DNA of 64,000 bases from an uncultured delta proteobacterium (GTDB lineage Bacteria; Desulfobacterota; Binatia; UBA9968): assembly GCA_963804165.1 (NCBI GenBank), contig CAWDPO010000009.1, positions 64,001 through 128,000 of the forward strand. Reading direction: 5' to 3'. A model generated the notes under the pieces. The model searched no databases, was not told the DNA's origin, and saw nothing but the letters and a program-made list of their open reading frames with translations. This document shows, in pieces, positions 10,512-21,644 of the stretch. Position 1 is the stretch's first letter. Each line of letters starts with the position of its first letter. The translations under genes and the position numbers were made by a program.

Positions 10512-11777
10512 ATGCGTTTTCATTTCGCGCTGACGGTACTGACCGCGTTATGCCTTTCAACAAATTCAGTTGAAGCTGCGGAGTATAAATATCCCTATCG
10601 CGATCCCTATTTAGCGACTGCAACGACCGCTATTTTGAGCGACGACGGCGCCACGGAGCGTACCAAGTCGATCATCGTCCACGTGCCTGGGCTCCCCGGT
10701 AGAAACAATCTGCCTTCTCTCGAAGGACGCGGCGACGTAAGTCTTGCTCTTTATCGCCAAAATCATGCGGCGCCGTTGCTTTTCATTCTCGCCGGGCTTG
10801 GATCCAGCCCCTACTTCGGCGTCGCCCCGTATTTGGCGAGCCTGTTCTATCAAGAGGGCTCACACGTGGTTATTTTGCCCTCGCCGATGAGCTGGAATTT
10901 TGCGTTATCGGCGAGCCGTAGCGGCGCACCCGGTTACGCTCCGGCAGACGCCCGTGATTTATACGAAGTCATGCAAAAAACCCTTACGGTTCTAAGGGAT
11001 CGGTATGACGTCAAGACCACGACAATCAATTTCATGGCGGTCAGTCTGGGCGCGCTTGAAGGCGCGTATCTAAGCGTTATCGATGCGGACGAGGGAAAGA
11101 TCGGGATCGCGAAGTATCTCCTCGTCAACCCGCCCGTAGATCTCGCTTATGCCGTTAGAAAAATCGATGAGTGGAACGCGTTGGCGGGTAAATTCGGCCG
11201 GAACAAGTCCCGGCAAATCGTAGCGAAAGCGATTGCCATCGTCGAGTCCTTTTCCGAGGAAAGGCGGGATGATCCCGCCGTCTTCGACCGATTGGCAAAG
11301 AAGTTCGCCGATTTCACAACCGAAGATCTTCAGTTCCTCATCGCCGAGAATTTGCAAAGCCAGCTTGGCGAGCTGGTCTATGTAACCCAAGCCATTCACG
11401 ATCAAAAGGTTCTTACGGCGCCGAAAGACGACATGCGGAAACGCCTGGAGGAAGCTAAACGCTTCACATTTGCGGATTATAATCAGAAGATCGCTTTGCC
11501 CTTATGGCAAAAGCAAGTCGGAGATCCGCAGGCCGATCTGGATACGTTCATCCAACGCGCCTCCCTAGCGCGTATCACTGATCGGCTGCGCGGCAATCCT
11601 AAGGTACGTGTCCTGCACAACGCCGACGATTTCTTGGCCGAGAAGAAATCCATCGAAGCGCTCAAAGAGGCCTTGGGCGATCAAATGATGCTTTATCCAT
11701 ACGGCGGACATCTCGGCAACCTCTGGTACCCGGAAAACAAGGAATTTGCTCTGAAATACTTCAAGCCGCGCCCATGA
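10512..11777 (+). CDS. Secreted alpha/beta-hydrolase fold protein
   Basis: Signal peptide, AGLGS, nucleophile elbow AVSLG, HNADD, GGHLGN. Confidence 0.75.
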   Translation: MRFHFALTVLTALCLSTNSVEAAEYKYPYRDPYLATATTAILSDDGATERTKSIIVHVPGLPGRNNLPSLEGRGDVSLALYRQNHAAPLLFILAGLGSSPYFGVAPYLASLFYQEGSHVVILPSPMSWNFALSASRSGAPGYAPADARDLYEVMQKTLTVLRDRYDVKTTTINFMAVSLGALEGAYLSVIDADEGKIGIAKYLLVNPPVDLAYAVRKIDEWNALAGKFGRNKSRQIVAKAIAIVESFSEERRDDPAVFDRLAKKFADFTTEDLQFLIAENLQSQLGELVYVTQAIHDQKVLTAPKDDMRKRLEEAKRFTFADYNQKIALPLWQKQVGDPQADLDTFIQRASLARITDRLRGNPKVRVLHNADDFLAEKKSIEALKEALGDQMMLYPYGGHLGNLWYPENKEFALKYFKPRP

Positions 11778-11854
11778 ATGCGGCATTCGCTCCGTTGACT
11801 TTCACCTCATGAGAGACTGTCGGACAGCGAGAAGTCCAAGTTCCGAATCTGTTC

Positions 11855-11982
11855 TTGAACAATTGAACCTTGAACGCTTGAACGAGCTGCGCCTGAGCAC
11901 GCCTGTAAGGGAGCGCAGCGATGGGACGTTTGGAACGGGTTTGAGTATTACTTTTAACTTTGGAACTTTGAACCTTTGAACT
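11855..11982 (+). repeat. TTGAAC-unit array between convergent genes
   Basis: ttgaacaattgaaccttgaacgcttgaacg ... ggagcgcagcgatggg ... tttggaactttgaacctttgaac. Confidence 0.75.
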
Positions 11983-12469
11983 GCTGGTTTCTAGAAGCGC
12001 ACCAGGAAAGCATTTCAATCTGCGGCATTGTTTCGACGATTGACCCCGCCCGCGAGACTACGCGTTCCGCCTCGTTCATCGGTTCGCCCAAGGCCAGCAG
12101 TACCGAGACCGCAAGCATCGCGGTGCGGCCGACGCCGCCCGCACAATGAATCAGCACAGCTTCCCCGGACTGCAATCGATTTGCTACTTCGTTCGCAAGC
12201 GCCCAGAAGGCATCCCGGTCTTCGGGCACCCCGCCCTCGCGAATTTCAAAAGGCAGGACGGAACAGGGAACGGTCCCGGCTTCCAGGGCCTCCGCGTACT
12301 TCGAGGATTTCGCGTGAATTTCGTATTTTTCGTTTAAGCAAACGATCGCGCCGACCGCATTGCTTTTCAGCTGATGCCAAACCCTCTCGATCGCTTCAAA
12401 GCGGCCCGGCATGCTGTGCAACAGCAGCTTTCCAGGAACCCGAGCGGGAAGATCGACACGACGGAACAT
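11954..12469 (-). CDS. Protein-tyrosine/dual-specificity phosphatase family protein
   Basis: HCAGGVGRT (HCX5R) catalytic loop. Confidence 0.85.
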   Translation of the reverse strand: MFRRVDLPARVPGKLLLHSMPGRFEAIERVWHQLKSNAVGAIVCLNEKYEIHAKSSKYAEALEAGTVPCSVLPFEIREGGVPEDRDAFWALANEVANRLQSGEAVLIHCAGGVGRTAMLAVSVLLALGEPMNEAERVVSRAGSIVETMPQIEMLSWCASRNQQFKGSKFQS

Positions 12470-12620
12470 TTTTTCTCTTTTTTCTATGCAACCAACCAAT
12501 GGTTGCTTTTCAAAAACACCTTCTAGCATCCAAAACGTCAATTGCTCGTTGAGCAACGAACGAACTTACGACAAACAACGAGAACCGAAAGATAGAGATG
12601 GTTGACGTGGGTCAATCGAA

Positions 12621-13490
12621 TTAGATGTCTGCATTGAACCGTAGCATCGTTCTAGATCTTTTCAGAATCATACCCAGCCCAGTTTCCTTCGCTGTTCGTG
12701 CGCAATCTCGCACTGGGCAAATATTCCGTAACAAGCTCCGCAGTCGGCCGCTCCATGATCGTATTAGGAGCACAGATGTTAAACGCCTCATGACCGGGAA
12801 AGTTTGCTTCGACCGCGAGACGACACGCGAGAGCCGCATCGCGAACATCGATATACGTCCACAGCGGGCCGCTCCATCTCAAGGGATTGTTTCGCCTCTC
12901 TTTGAGATTCTGGTGCGTGAAGTCGGCGCAAATCCCGGCGAATCGCCTGCTGGTCGATTTGTATGTCGCTCTTGCTCGGGAATGCGTCGCAGGCGCGCTC
13001 AATGACGAGCTTGGATACACTGTAGGGATCCTGCGGATTCAAAGGATAGTCTTCATCCACCGGCAGATACTCCGGCGCCGACCATCGCGAGGGATAATAG
13101 AAACCGTAAATCGTCAGACTCGATCCCATCACGAGCTTCGTGACTCCGGCGGTAAAAGCTGCCGCTATCACGTTGTAACTCAGGGTTACGTTGTAACCGA
13201 ATATTGACGCGTCGCCGAACACTTCGGCAGTTTTCAGCACGTACGAGACGCCCTATCCAATCGTTGTGGTATAGGGAAACTTTTTTCTGGCGAGATGGAT
13301 CACCGCGTCGGCGCCTTCAAAAGCCTTGGCAAGATCCTGCGCCTGGAGCAGATCGATCACCAGAACAGCGGCAGACGCTTTCCGAGATCGGCACTTTGTC
13401 GATCGACAGCACTTCGTGACCATGATCGAGCAATTCTCCGATCGTTAGGTGCCCGAGCCTCCCGGCGCTGCCTGTCACCACGATTTTCAG
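12621..13490 (-). pseudogene. NAD-dependent epimerase/dehydratase, degraded or frameshifted
   Basis: KIVVTGSAGRLG (start degenerate, CTG), DAVIHLA, SSLTIYG, PYSVSK, YIDVRDAA in different frames. Confidence 0.7.
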
Positions 13491-13691
13491 TTCAGTGTCT
13501 CAATGCACAGGTCTCGTACAACGCTTACATAAAACTTTATCAATGAAGGGGTGCTGGATCCTTTCGCTGCTGGCATTTGGGTATTCGAGGTGGTTGCGAT
13601 GTTCTCAATGCTTGACATGAATTGATCGCTTCAATAGATTCCACGCAAGTCGTTTGTGCCGGTCGCTGCGCGGATAGCAAAGGAAAAATAG

Positions 13692-14676
13692 ATGAGAAGT
13701 CAATTGCGGTTAATATTTCTGGCGAGCTTCGTTTTATTGTCAATTTCAAACTTACTGCAACGTTTTTCAGACGGAGGCGGCAAAAGTTATCATCGGTATG
13801 GATGCGCCGACGCTTTCCGATTTGCCGTTATCCGTAGCGCTCAAAAAGGATTTCTTTAAGCCAGAAGGCTTGAACGTCTTGCCGGTGCTGTTCAGGAGCG
13901 GGCCCACCGCCATGCAAGCTCTGGTCTCGGGATCCATTCAATTCAGCACCGGTTTCGGCACGGGAACGCGGGCCGCCATGGCGGGTGCGCCGGTCAAAGG
14001 TATCATTGGGTTCAACAACAAACCCGCCTTCATCCTTTACGGGCGTAGGGAGTACGGCATTCGCTCGATCGCCGACATCAAAGGAAAAAAGATTGCCGTC
14101 ACCGGCGTCGGCAGTACGACCGACTATGCCGCAAGAGCGATTCTGACGCATCACCACGTCGACCCTGATAAGGAAGTTTCGATCTTGGCTGTGGGCAGCG
14201 AGAGTGTTTTTGCCGCGCTTCAGAAAGGTGCTGTGGATGCGGCCATTCTTTGGGCTCCGGGTTTTGCCATCGCCGAGAAGCTCGGCATGGTCAGGCTCCA
14301 GTCGTTGGCTGACATCCTGGAGCTGCCCGGCTGGGGAGTCGTGGTCTCCGATCAGCTCATCAAGGAAAACCCTCTCCTGATCAAAAAATTCCTGCGGGGC
14401 ACGATCAGAGGATTTCACTATGTGCATGATCCAAAGAATAAGGATGAAATCGTGAGTTCGATAACGAAGGACTTTAATCTCGAACGGGATGTCGCGGACA
14501 CCAACTACAAATTTATACTGAGTATCCTGTCGGCGGACGGTAATATCTCGCGGCGATCGATCGAAAACGGCATCGAACTTACGCGCCAACGCGTGAAGAC
14601 ATCGGAGTCGACCGGCGAACTGGCCAAGAAGATGTATGATTTCACTTTGCTGGAAGACGTTCAGAGAGGCAAATAA
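13692..14676 (+). CDS. ABC transporter substrate-binding protein (NMT1/SsuA-like); frameshift in signal peptide
   Basis: AMQALVSG, DIKGKKIAVT, GAVDAA; ATG 13692 after AGGA, body in ORF 13798..14676. Confidence 0.85.
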
Positions 14677-14693
14677 TTTGTTATTGGAGAAAC

Positions 14694-15625
14694 ATGATGG
14701 CGGAAGCAACCCAAGCGAAACTCAACCTGTCGGCGATTTGCCATGTCGATGCCGGTAGCGCCGGCGGTGAAATGTTTCGACGCTACTGGCTGGCGATTTC
14801 CCGGGCGAAGATTTAAAAGACATTCCCCTGGCAGTCAAGGTTCTCGGTGAGGAATTGGTGCTCTTCCGCGATGGCGCCGGCCGCCTCGGTCTCATGGGAC
14901 TGCATTGCTCCCACCGTGGCACATCCCTGGAATACGGCGACATCGAGGAACGCGGCATAAGATGTCCTTATCATGGATGGCTCTACGACGTCGGCGGAAA
15001 CTGTTTGGAGCAGCCGCTCGAGCCCAAGGGCAGCACCTTCTGCCAAAAGGTGAAGCATCCGAGTTACCGGGTTAAAGAGTTGGGCGGCTTGATCTTCGCT
15101 CACCTCGGCAAAAGTGAGCCGCCGCCGTTGCCGCGTTATTCAACGCTCGTCAGAGACGACGGTGTCCGTTTGACGCTCCCGCCGCGCCATTGGGATTACA
15201 ACTGGTTCAATTTTTTCGAGAATACCATCGATTCGCTGCACGCATTTTTCTTGCATAAGCCTCGCCGCGCCGATCGCTATTGGGAAAATGCCTTCTGGGA
15301 TTTCACGGGCGACCATCATATTGAAGCTTTACCGATGGAGTATGGCTTGAAGACGATCGTGCACTGGTCGGGTCCAACACCAGATACTTTGTACGTCAGG
15401 CTCACGAGCCTCGCACTGCCGACGGTTTTTTCCCTGGGCGGGCGCGGAGTCGAGGAAGAAGGATTCGAGCGCTTGCTGTTCGTGACGCCGGTCGATGACG
15501 ACAACTTCATGGTCTTCAGCAGCGATTTTGTCCCTCAAGGTAAAGCCGATGTGATCAAGAAAAGAGAACAGTCCGCGGAATCGGAATCGTCCCAATCAGG
15601 CACTTCGCTCACGGCAGATTTTTAA
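14694..15625 (+). CDS. Rieske non-heme iron oxygenase alpha subunit (phthalate 4,5-dioxygenase-like), frameshifted and apparently C-truncated
   Basis: RRYW, CSHRG...CPYHGW Rieske motif, ENTIDSLHAFFLH mononuclear Fe motif. Confidence 0.8.
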
Positions 15626-15825
15626 CGGGGCCGTGAAAATCGTTAAGCGCGGCGGACCATTCAAAGGTTTAAAAGTTCAAAAGGAAACACACTCTGATCG
15701 GAAGCGCCACTTTCGCGAAGTTTAGAAACTTTTGGAAGTTTAGAAACCGGAAGGGAGTAGGTTGCTTCCGGATCAGCGACTCGCTCGCTTGACCCATTTC
15801 CGTGCAACCGATATTCTCGGATTTT

Positions 15826-16305
15826 ATGAAACAAACTATTCGGGTCACTATTAACGGTCGTCTTTATCAAGAAGATGTCGAGCCGCGAGTCCTGCTCGCG
15901 CATTTTTTGCGTGAGCAGATCGGCCTCACCGGCACCCATATCGGTTGCGTGGTCGGCGAGTGCGGCGCGTGCTCCGTGCTGCTCGACGGCAAAATCGTGA
16001 AATCCTGTCTCCATTTTGCTGTCCAAGCGGACGGCCGCGAGGTGACGACGATCGAAGGCTTGGCCAAAGACGGCGAACTCGATCCGGTCCAGGAAGCGTT
16101 CGTGAAAAATTACGCGTTTCAGTGCGGCTACTGCACGCCTGGCATGGTCATGACGAGCTACGCGCTGCTGCAGACAAATCCGGACCCGAGCGACGATGAG
16201 ATTCGCAAAGCGCTGGCCGGCAATCTCTGCATGTGCACGGGCTACGTGCAGATCGTCGAAGCCGTCAAAGATGCGGCGGAAAAACAAAAAACCGTGGGGA
16301 GATGA
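15826..16305 (+). CDS. (2Fe-2S)-binding small subunit (CoxS-like)
   Basis: GCVVGECGAC, FQCGYCTPG, GNLCMCTGY. Confidence 0.95.
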   Translation: MKQTIRVTINGRLYQEDVEPRVLLAHFLREQIGLTGTHIGCVVGECGACSVLLDGKIVKSCLHFAVQADGREVTTIEGLAKDGELDPVQEAFVKNYAFQCGYCTPGMVMTSYALLQTNPDPSDDEIRKALAGNLCMCTGYVQIVEAVKDAAEKQKTVGR

Positions 16306-16317
16306 AAAGCAAGCTCG

Positions 16318-16443
16318 AAGCACGAAATCCGAAACAAATTTAAATACTCGAAATCTAAAGTTCCAAACGAATCCGTTTTGAATTTTGTAATTCGAATTTA
16401 ATTCTTCCGTTTGTTTCGATTTCGAGATTAGAATTTCAGATTT
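16318..16443. repeat. AT-rich imperfect inverted repeat of AAATC(C)GAA units inside the operon
   Basis: gcacgaaatccgaaacaaa ... tttgtttcgatttcgagattagaatttcagattt. Confidence 0.65.
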
Positions 16444-16467
16444 ATCCTCTACAAGGTAAGCACACTT

Positions 16468-18901
16468 ATGGCTGACAAAAATTACATCGGCGCTCGCAGT
16501 CGCAGCAAAGAAGGCCCGCGCCACGTGACCGGCCGGGGACTTTTTACTGACGACTTCATGCTGCCGGGCATGTTGCAGGCGATGATCCTGCGGAGCCCGC
16601 ACCCGCATGCGAAAATCTTATCCGTCGATCCGTCCGAAGCGCTGAAAAATCCCAACGTCATGGCGGCGATCACGCCGGAGGACGTGAAAAAACTTACCAA
16701 GCCGTTTAAGCCGGGACGATATGCCGCCGGACTCAAACGGCCGATCGATGAATACGCCGGTGCCGTCGGAAAAGTTCGTTACGTCGGCGAACCGATTGGC
16801 GCCGTGGCGGCGCGCGACCGCGGCACGGCGGAAGACGCGCTTGAATTGATCCAAGTCGATTACGAGCCGTTGCGTGCCGTCGTCGACGTGCGCGAAGCGA
16901 TCAAGCCGTCATCTGCCGTTCTTTTCGATGAGTTGGATACAAATCTCGCCTGGCAAGGATCGCTGCAGTACGGTGACATCGACGCCGCGTTCAAATCTGC
17001 CGACCGCGTCGTCAAAGAAAATTTAAAAATTCATCGCTACAGCTCGACGCCGCTCGAACCCTTCGTCGTGATCGCGTCCTATGACGCAGCGAGCAAGCGT
17101 TTGACGGTTTGGGTGACGGCGCAGGTTCCGGAAGTGATTTACGATGGCGTGCGCGAGGCGCTCGGCTTGCAGGACATCCGCGTCATCATTCCCGATGTCG
17201 GCGGAGGCTTCGGCCAAAAGATTCATTTGATTCGAAAATATGTCGTCTTGGTATCGCTATTGGCGATGAAAAGCGGCCGACCGGTCAAATGGATCGAAGA
17301 CCGCACCGAGCATATGATGGCCGGCGGCCACGCCTGCGCCCAGGAATTCGAAGCCGAGGCGGCGGTCAAAAACGACGGCACCGTCCTCGGTCTGCGCTTC
17401 AATGAATACGACGATGTCGGCGGCTCGATCAGCACGCTTACGATCCACTTCACCAACAAGTTGAATAACCTTTCCAACACCTACCGCACGCCGGCCATTC
17501 ATATGATCGGCAATGCGGTGGTGACGAATAAGTGTCCGGTCATTCCCAACCGCGGCATCGGCAAGCCGGGCATGTGCTACATCTGGGAGCGCATGATGGA
17601 TCGGGTCGCTCAGGAATTGAACATGAGCCCGATCGAAGTGCGGCGCAAAAATCTAATTCAACCGAACGAGATGCCCTATCACACCATCAGCGGCAACGTG
17701 TATGACAGCGGCGATTATCCCGGACTGTTGTCGACGCTCTTGGAAAAAATCGACTACGACAAATTGCGCGAGGAGCAAAAGCAGGCGCGTGCAAAAGGTA
17801 AGCTCATGGGCATCGGCATCGTCATCGGCGTCGAGCCCGGCGGGCGCAACGCGGCGCGCGACATGGCGATCTTCCCGGAGATGAAAGAGCCGCCCGGCTC
17901 CGGCGGGGTCAACGGCGCCAAGATCAAATTGGAGAAGAACGGCACCCTGTCGCTTCATCTCGGATCGCCCAATTGCGGCCAAGCTCATGAAACCACCACG
18001 GCCCAGGTCGCGGCGGAGATTCTCGGTTCGACGCCGGATAAGATCAGCACCAGCATTCCCTTCGATAGCGACTTGTCGGCCTGGGGCGTGGCCGCGGCGA
18101 ACAGCGGCAATAATTTTCATCTCTACGACATCGGCGCGATCCACGGCGCCGCCACCCGGCTGCGCGAGAAAATTCTCAAACTCGCCGCGTTCAATCTCAA
18201 GGTGGAGCCGTTCGAGTTAACCATCGAAGACAGCGTCGTAAAGGTGCCCGGCGCGGCGGCGAAGCAGATCACCTTCGCCGAACTGGGCCGCATCGCTTAC
18301 AACAATCAGCATCTCATCCCCGACGATATGGAAGCGGGACTGGAGTCGACGTTCTACTACATGTTTCCCCACGCCAAGCCGAATATTGTTCCAGGCCCCG
18401 ACCGGCTAGTGCGGGCGCAGTTTACCTTTTCCGCCGGCGCCCACGCCGCCATCGTTGAAGTCGACAAGGCTACGGGCAAGGTCGAAGTGTTGCGCTATCT
18501 GATTGTCGGCGACAACGGCACGGTGATCAATCCCGACGTCGTCAACGGCCAGGTTTACGGCTCCGCAGCGCACGGCATCGCCGTGGCTCTCGGCGAAGGT
18601 TTCATGTACAGCGCCGAGGGACAGCCGTTGACGATCACCTATCTCGATTACGGCAAATGCTCGACGGCGGAAACGCCGCGAGTGGAAGTGATCCATCGAC
18701 CGTCGCCGTCGCCTTATACCGTCGCTCGGCCAAAAAGCCGCCGGCGAAGGCGCGGCGATTCCCTCGCCCGCCGCCATCGCCAGCGCGGTCGAAGACGCGC
18801 TGCAACCCTTCGGCGTCAAAGTCTGCGATCTGCCACTCACGCCGGAAGCGGTTTGGCGCCTGGCCAATCACAATCCCGAAACCGAGCGGAGGACTTTCTA
18901 G
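16468..18901 (+). CDS. Xanthine dehydrogenase/CoxL-family molybdopterin-binding subunit (frameshift near 18725)
   Basis: RSPHPHAKI, DVGGGFGQK, YDSGDY, GQAHET; shifted frame gives GQKAAGEG...LPLTPE ending TAG 18899-18901. Confidence 0.9.
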
Positions 18902-18904
18902 ATC

Positions 18905-19762
18905 ATGATTCCCGGTGCTTTCGAATATTACGCGCCCCGCTCGCTCAGCGACGCGGTCAAGTTTTTGTCCGAGCACAAAGACGACGTCAAGATTCTTTCC
19001 GGCGGCCAAAGCTTGCTGCCGCTAATGAAAATGCGCCTATCCAAACCTGGCTTTGTCGTCGACATCGGCCGGATTTCCGGTCTCGACACGATCGTCGAAG
19101 AAGGCAACAGCTTCATCGTTGGCGGACTTGTCACCCACGCGCAAATCGAGTCTTCGGATCTCCTCAAGGCCAAGTGTCCCCTGCTGCCGCAAACCGCGAC
19201 GACCATCGCCGACGTTCAGGTGCGCAATCGCGGCACCATCGGCGGCAGCATCGCTCATGCCGATCCGGCTGGCGATTGGCCGGCGACCATGATGGCACTG
19301 GACGCGGAAGTCAAGATCGTCGGGCCGAACGGCGAGCGCTGCGTAAAGTGCGATGAGTTTTTTCTGGGACTGCTAATGAGCGTTCTCGAACCGGACGAAA
19401 TCGTCACCGCGATCAAGGTACCGGTGACCGGCAAAGACAAAACGGCTTACTTGAAAGCCGCGCCGCGCTCTTCCGGTTTTGCCGTCGTCGGTGTCGCCGT
19501 ACGACTTGTCATTGACGGCGAAGGAACTTGCAGCCGCGCTGCCGTCGGCATCACCGGCGTTACCGACAAGGCGTACCGCGCCGAGCGCGTCGAACAAATT
19601 CTTTCGGGCAAAAAGCTGGAGGCATCGGTGATTCAACAAGCGGCTGCTGAATCCTGCCGCAACATTGAAGTGATCGAAGACATCAACGGCTCGGCGGAAT
19701 ATCGCAAGCAGCTCACCGAAGTGTACGTCGGGCGCGCGATCGAGGCCGCGCTGAAGGGATAA
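18905..19762 (+). CDS. FAD-binding medium subunit (CoxM-like)
   Basis: MIPGAFEY, SGGQSLLP, VRNRGTIGGSIAHADP, DINGSAEYR. Confidence 0.93.
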   Translation: MIPGAFEYYAPRSLSDAVKFLSEHKDDVKILSGGQSLLPLMKMRLSKPGFVVDIGRISGLDTIVEEGNSFIVGGLVTHAQIESSDLLKAKCPLLPQTATTIADVQVRNRGTIGGSIAHADPAGDWPATMMALDAEVKIVGPNGERCVKCDEFFLGLLMSVLEPDEIVTAIKVPVTGKDKTAYLKAAPRSSGFAVVGVAVRLVIDGEGTCSRAAVGITGVTDKAYRAERVEQILSGKKLEASVIQQAAAESCRNIEVIEDINGSAEYRKQLTEVYVGRAIEAALKG

Positions 19763-19828
19763 ACGTTTCGAATAGCTACGGGTTCATTCCTCGCTGTTTG
19801 CTACAACCGATAGAACCGATCCGAAGTC

Positions 19829-19905
19829 CGTCATTCCCGCATGTTTTAAGCGGAAATCCAGGCGAATCCGATCTGGATTCCCGATAAAAGCAATCGGGAG
19901 TGACG
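19829..19905. repeat. CGTC-tagged REP-like doublet (palindromic)
   Basis: CGTCATTCCCGC...GCGGAAATCCAG...CTGGATTCCCG...CGGGAGTGACG. Confidence 0.75.
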
Positions 19906-20001
19906 AGAATTGGTTCGGTCATGGGCTTTTGACACCCCGCGAGTTGCGGCGTAATTCATTCCAATTGCAGGCGGAAAGGCACGGTACTTGCCGTGCCTTT
20001 G

Positions 20002-20298
20002 CTACCTCCGGCGGGGAAAGACGTCAGGGTAAACCGAGATCGGATATTCATTGCCATAGTAGCGATCATCCGAGTAACGCTTCCGCTCACGCGTCTCCGT
20101 CGTATGCACGATCCAGCCATCTTTGGTTTTCCAAGTGCCGGCGGAGCGCGAATCACCGTCACCCCTGATCAGCAGCTCGATCGTAGAGTCGCTCACGCCG
20201 GCTTGTTTGAGCCGGATGATTTCGTCGACGGTCAGAGCTTGCGCGATTCCAGGGAGCGAGAGCATCCCGGTCAGCAAAAGTAACGTTAGCCTTTTCAT
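20002..20298 (-). CDS. Hypothetical secreted protein
   Basis: Signal peptide AQA, LTVDEIIRLKQAGVSDSTI motif, AGGAG SD. Confidence 0.7.
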   Translation of the reverse strand: MKRLTLLLLTGMLSLPGIAQALTVDEIIRLKQAGVSDSTIELLIRGDGDSRSAGTWKTKDGWIVHTTETRERKRYSDDRYYGNEYPISVYPDVFPRRR

Positions 20299-20322
20299 AC
20301 TGGGTCTCCTGCCTCAAATAGC

Positions 20323-20349
20323 GAAGCCTCCAACTGAGTTAGAGGCTTC
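20323..20349 (-). terminator. Stem-loop downstream of the transglutaminase gene
   Basis: GAAGCCTC...GAGGCTTC inverted repeat; U-tract weak. Confidence 0.45.
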
Positions 20350-20381
20350 CGTTCAACTTCTGTTCTGTTGTCGCGCCCGCC

Positions 20382-21478
20382 TTAAACTTCCTTCGATTTG
20401 ATCGAATAGGTAAAGCTCTTCGCGTCGAGACTGTCCTTGCGGCCGTTCGCTGTCTCGGCCTGTGGATACATCAAATAGGCGATCTCCGAACCGCGAGATT
20501 GCGGCAGCTTTACATCGTGGGAGTAGTTATAGGGCAGCCAATTCATTTCCCATGCGCCGAATAGTTTTGCCCGCGCTTTTTTAACTTTGGGATCGTCGAT
20601 CGGCAGCTGTTCACCCGGCAGATTTTCTTCGAGCACGACCTTGCGCACATCCGCAGGATCCACCGGCACCCAACCGTACCCCGTCAAAAAAACTTCCGCC
20701 CGGCAGTGTTGCGCTCCGGTGATATCATCGGCTCTACCGAGACTTTTGAATTCCGCTGAATTGGCAACGCGCACGCCGTAAACGTCGCGCGCCGGCAAGC
20801 CGGCCGCGCGCGCCAAACCGACGTAAAGCGCGTTTAAGTCGGCGCATTTTCCGCCGAGATAGCCGGTTTCGAGCATTGTGGTGATATCGCCGATGCCGCA
20901 ACCTTTGACCTTAGGATCACGGAAGGTGTTGTCGACGATCCATTCGTAAATAGCCCGCGCTTTATCGACATCATTTTGTAGCCCCAGCACGATGCCTTTG
21001 GACGTCGTCGCGACGATGCCGTCGGTCCTAATGAACTTCGAGGGTTTGCGAAAATAATCGAGCACCGCCTTGTTCTCTTTGATCGCCGGATTGGGTTTCT
21101 GGCTCAGATCCACCGATCGATCTTGGGTCATAAAGCGGCTTTTGATTTCCAAGCTCGGGCTCTTTTCGCTCGCGGGCCCATTCCGCAAATACCAGTCCGG
21201 TTCCGACCTTGTCGGCCTGCGCCGCGCGCACGGTTTTATAATTTCCGCTCCAGCGTATCGGGCTCCCGTTTGAAATAGTCCGTGTTGGTCATCAGCGGCA
21301 CCGGCACCCAGGTGCGCACGGCGCCGACGGGATCGGCGATGTCGATCCGAGTCGTGACTTCGAAAGTGCGCCATTTCGCATCGTTGGCGTTCGCAAACGG
21401 TGCAAATTTCGGCAGACCGCCGAGCGCGAAGCCGGCAGAAACGGTCAGTCCTTGTTTGAGGAAATCGCGACGATTCAT
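20382..21478 (-). CDS. Tat-exported transglutaminase-like domain protein (frameshifted)
   Basis: MNRRDFLK Tat motif; GGKCADLN, HCRAEVF, WVPVDP catalytic Cys-His-Asp. Confidence 0.85.
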
Positions 21479-21520
21479 AGAATCCCCCTCTACATCACAT
21501 AGGCTTTAACAATGGGGGAA

Positions 21521-21548
21521 AATATAACTGTTAAGCCACTAATGTCAA
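21521..21548 (-). promoter_or_regulatory. Sigma70-type promoter for the transglutaminase gene
   Basis: TTGACA-16 nt-TATATT on minus strand. Confidence 0.55.
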
Positions 21549-21619
21549 TTGCTGGCAATGATATTAATGTCTCTATCGGGGATGCTTGAAATCCCTGGCG
21601 TTCAGGCGAAGTGAAAGTT

Positions 21620-21644
21620 CGTCATGCCGGCGAACGCCGGCATC
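21620..21644 (+). repeat. Left half of CGTC-type REP element (5' exon of the intron)
   Basis: CGTCATGCCGGCGAACGCCGGCATC hairpin; continues as CAG after the intron. Confidence 0.75.

Noticed and set aside
15661-16608. Long antisense ORFs (also 4263..5480, 13828..14709, 52296..53213, 61948..62856)
   Set aside because: They overlap well-supported genes on the opposite strand, as expected in GC-rich coding DNA
16468-18901. Aerobic CO dehydrogenase coxL call
   Set aside because: Lacks the AYXCSFR Cu-binding loop
16468-19356. 962-aa version of the Mo subunit
   Set aside because: The tail after about 18725 is out-of-frame read-through; the true end is TAG at 18901
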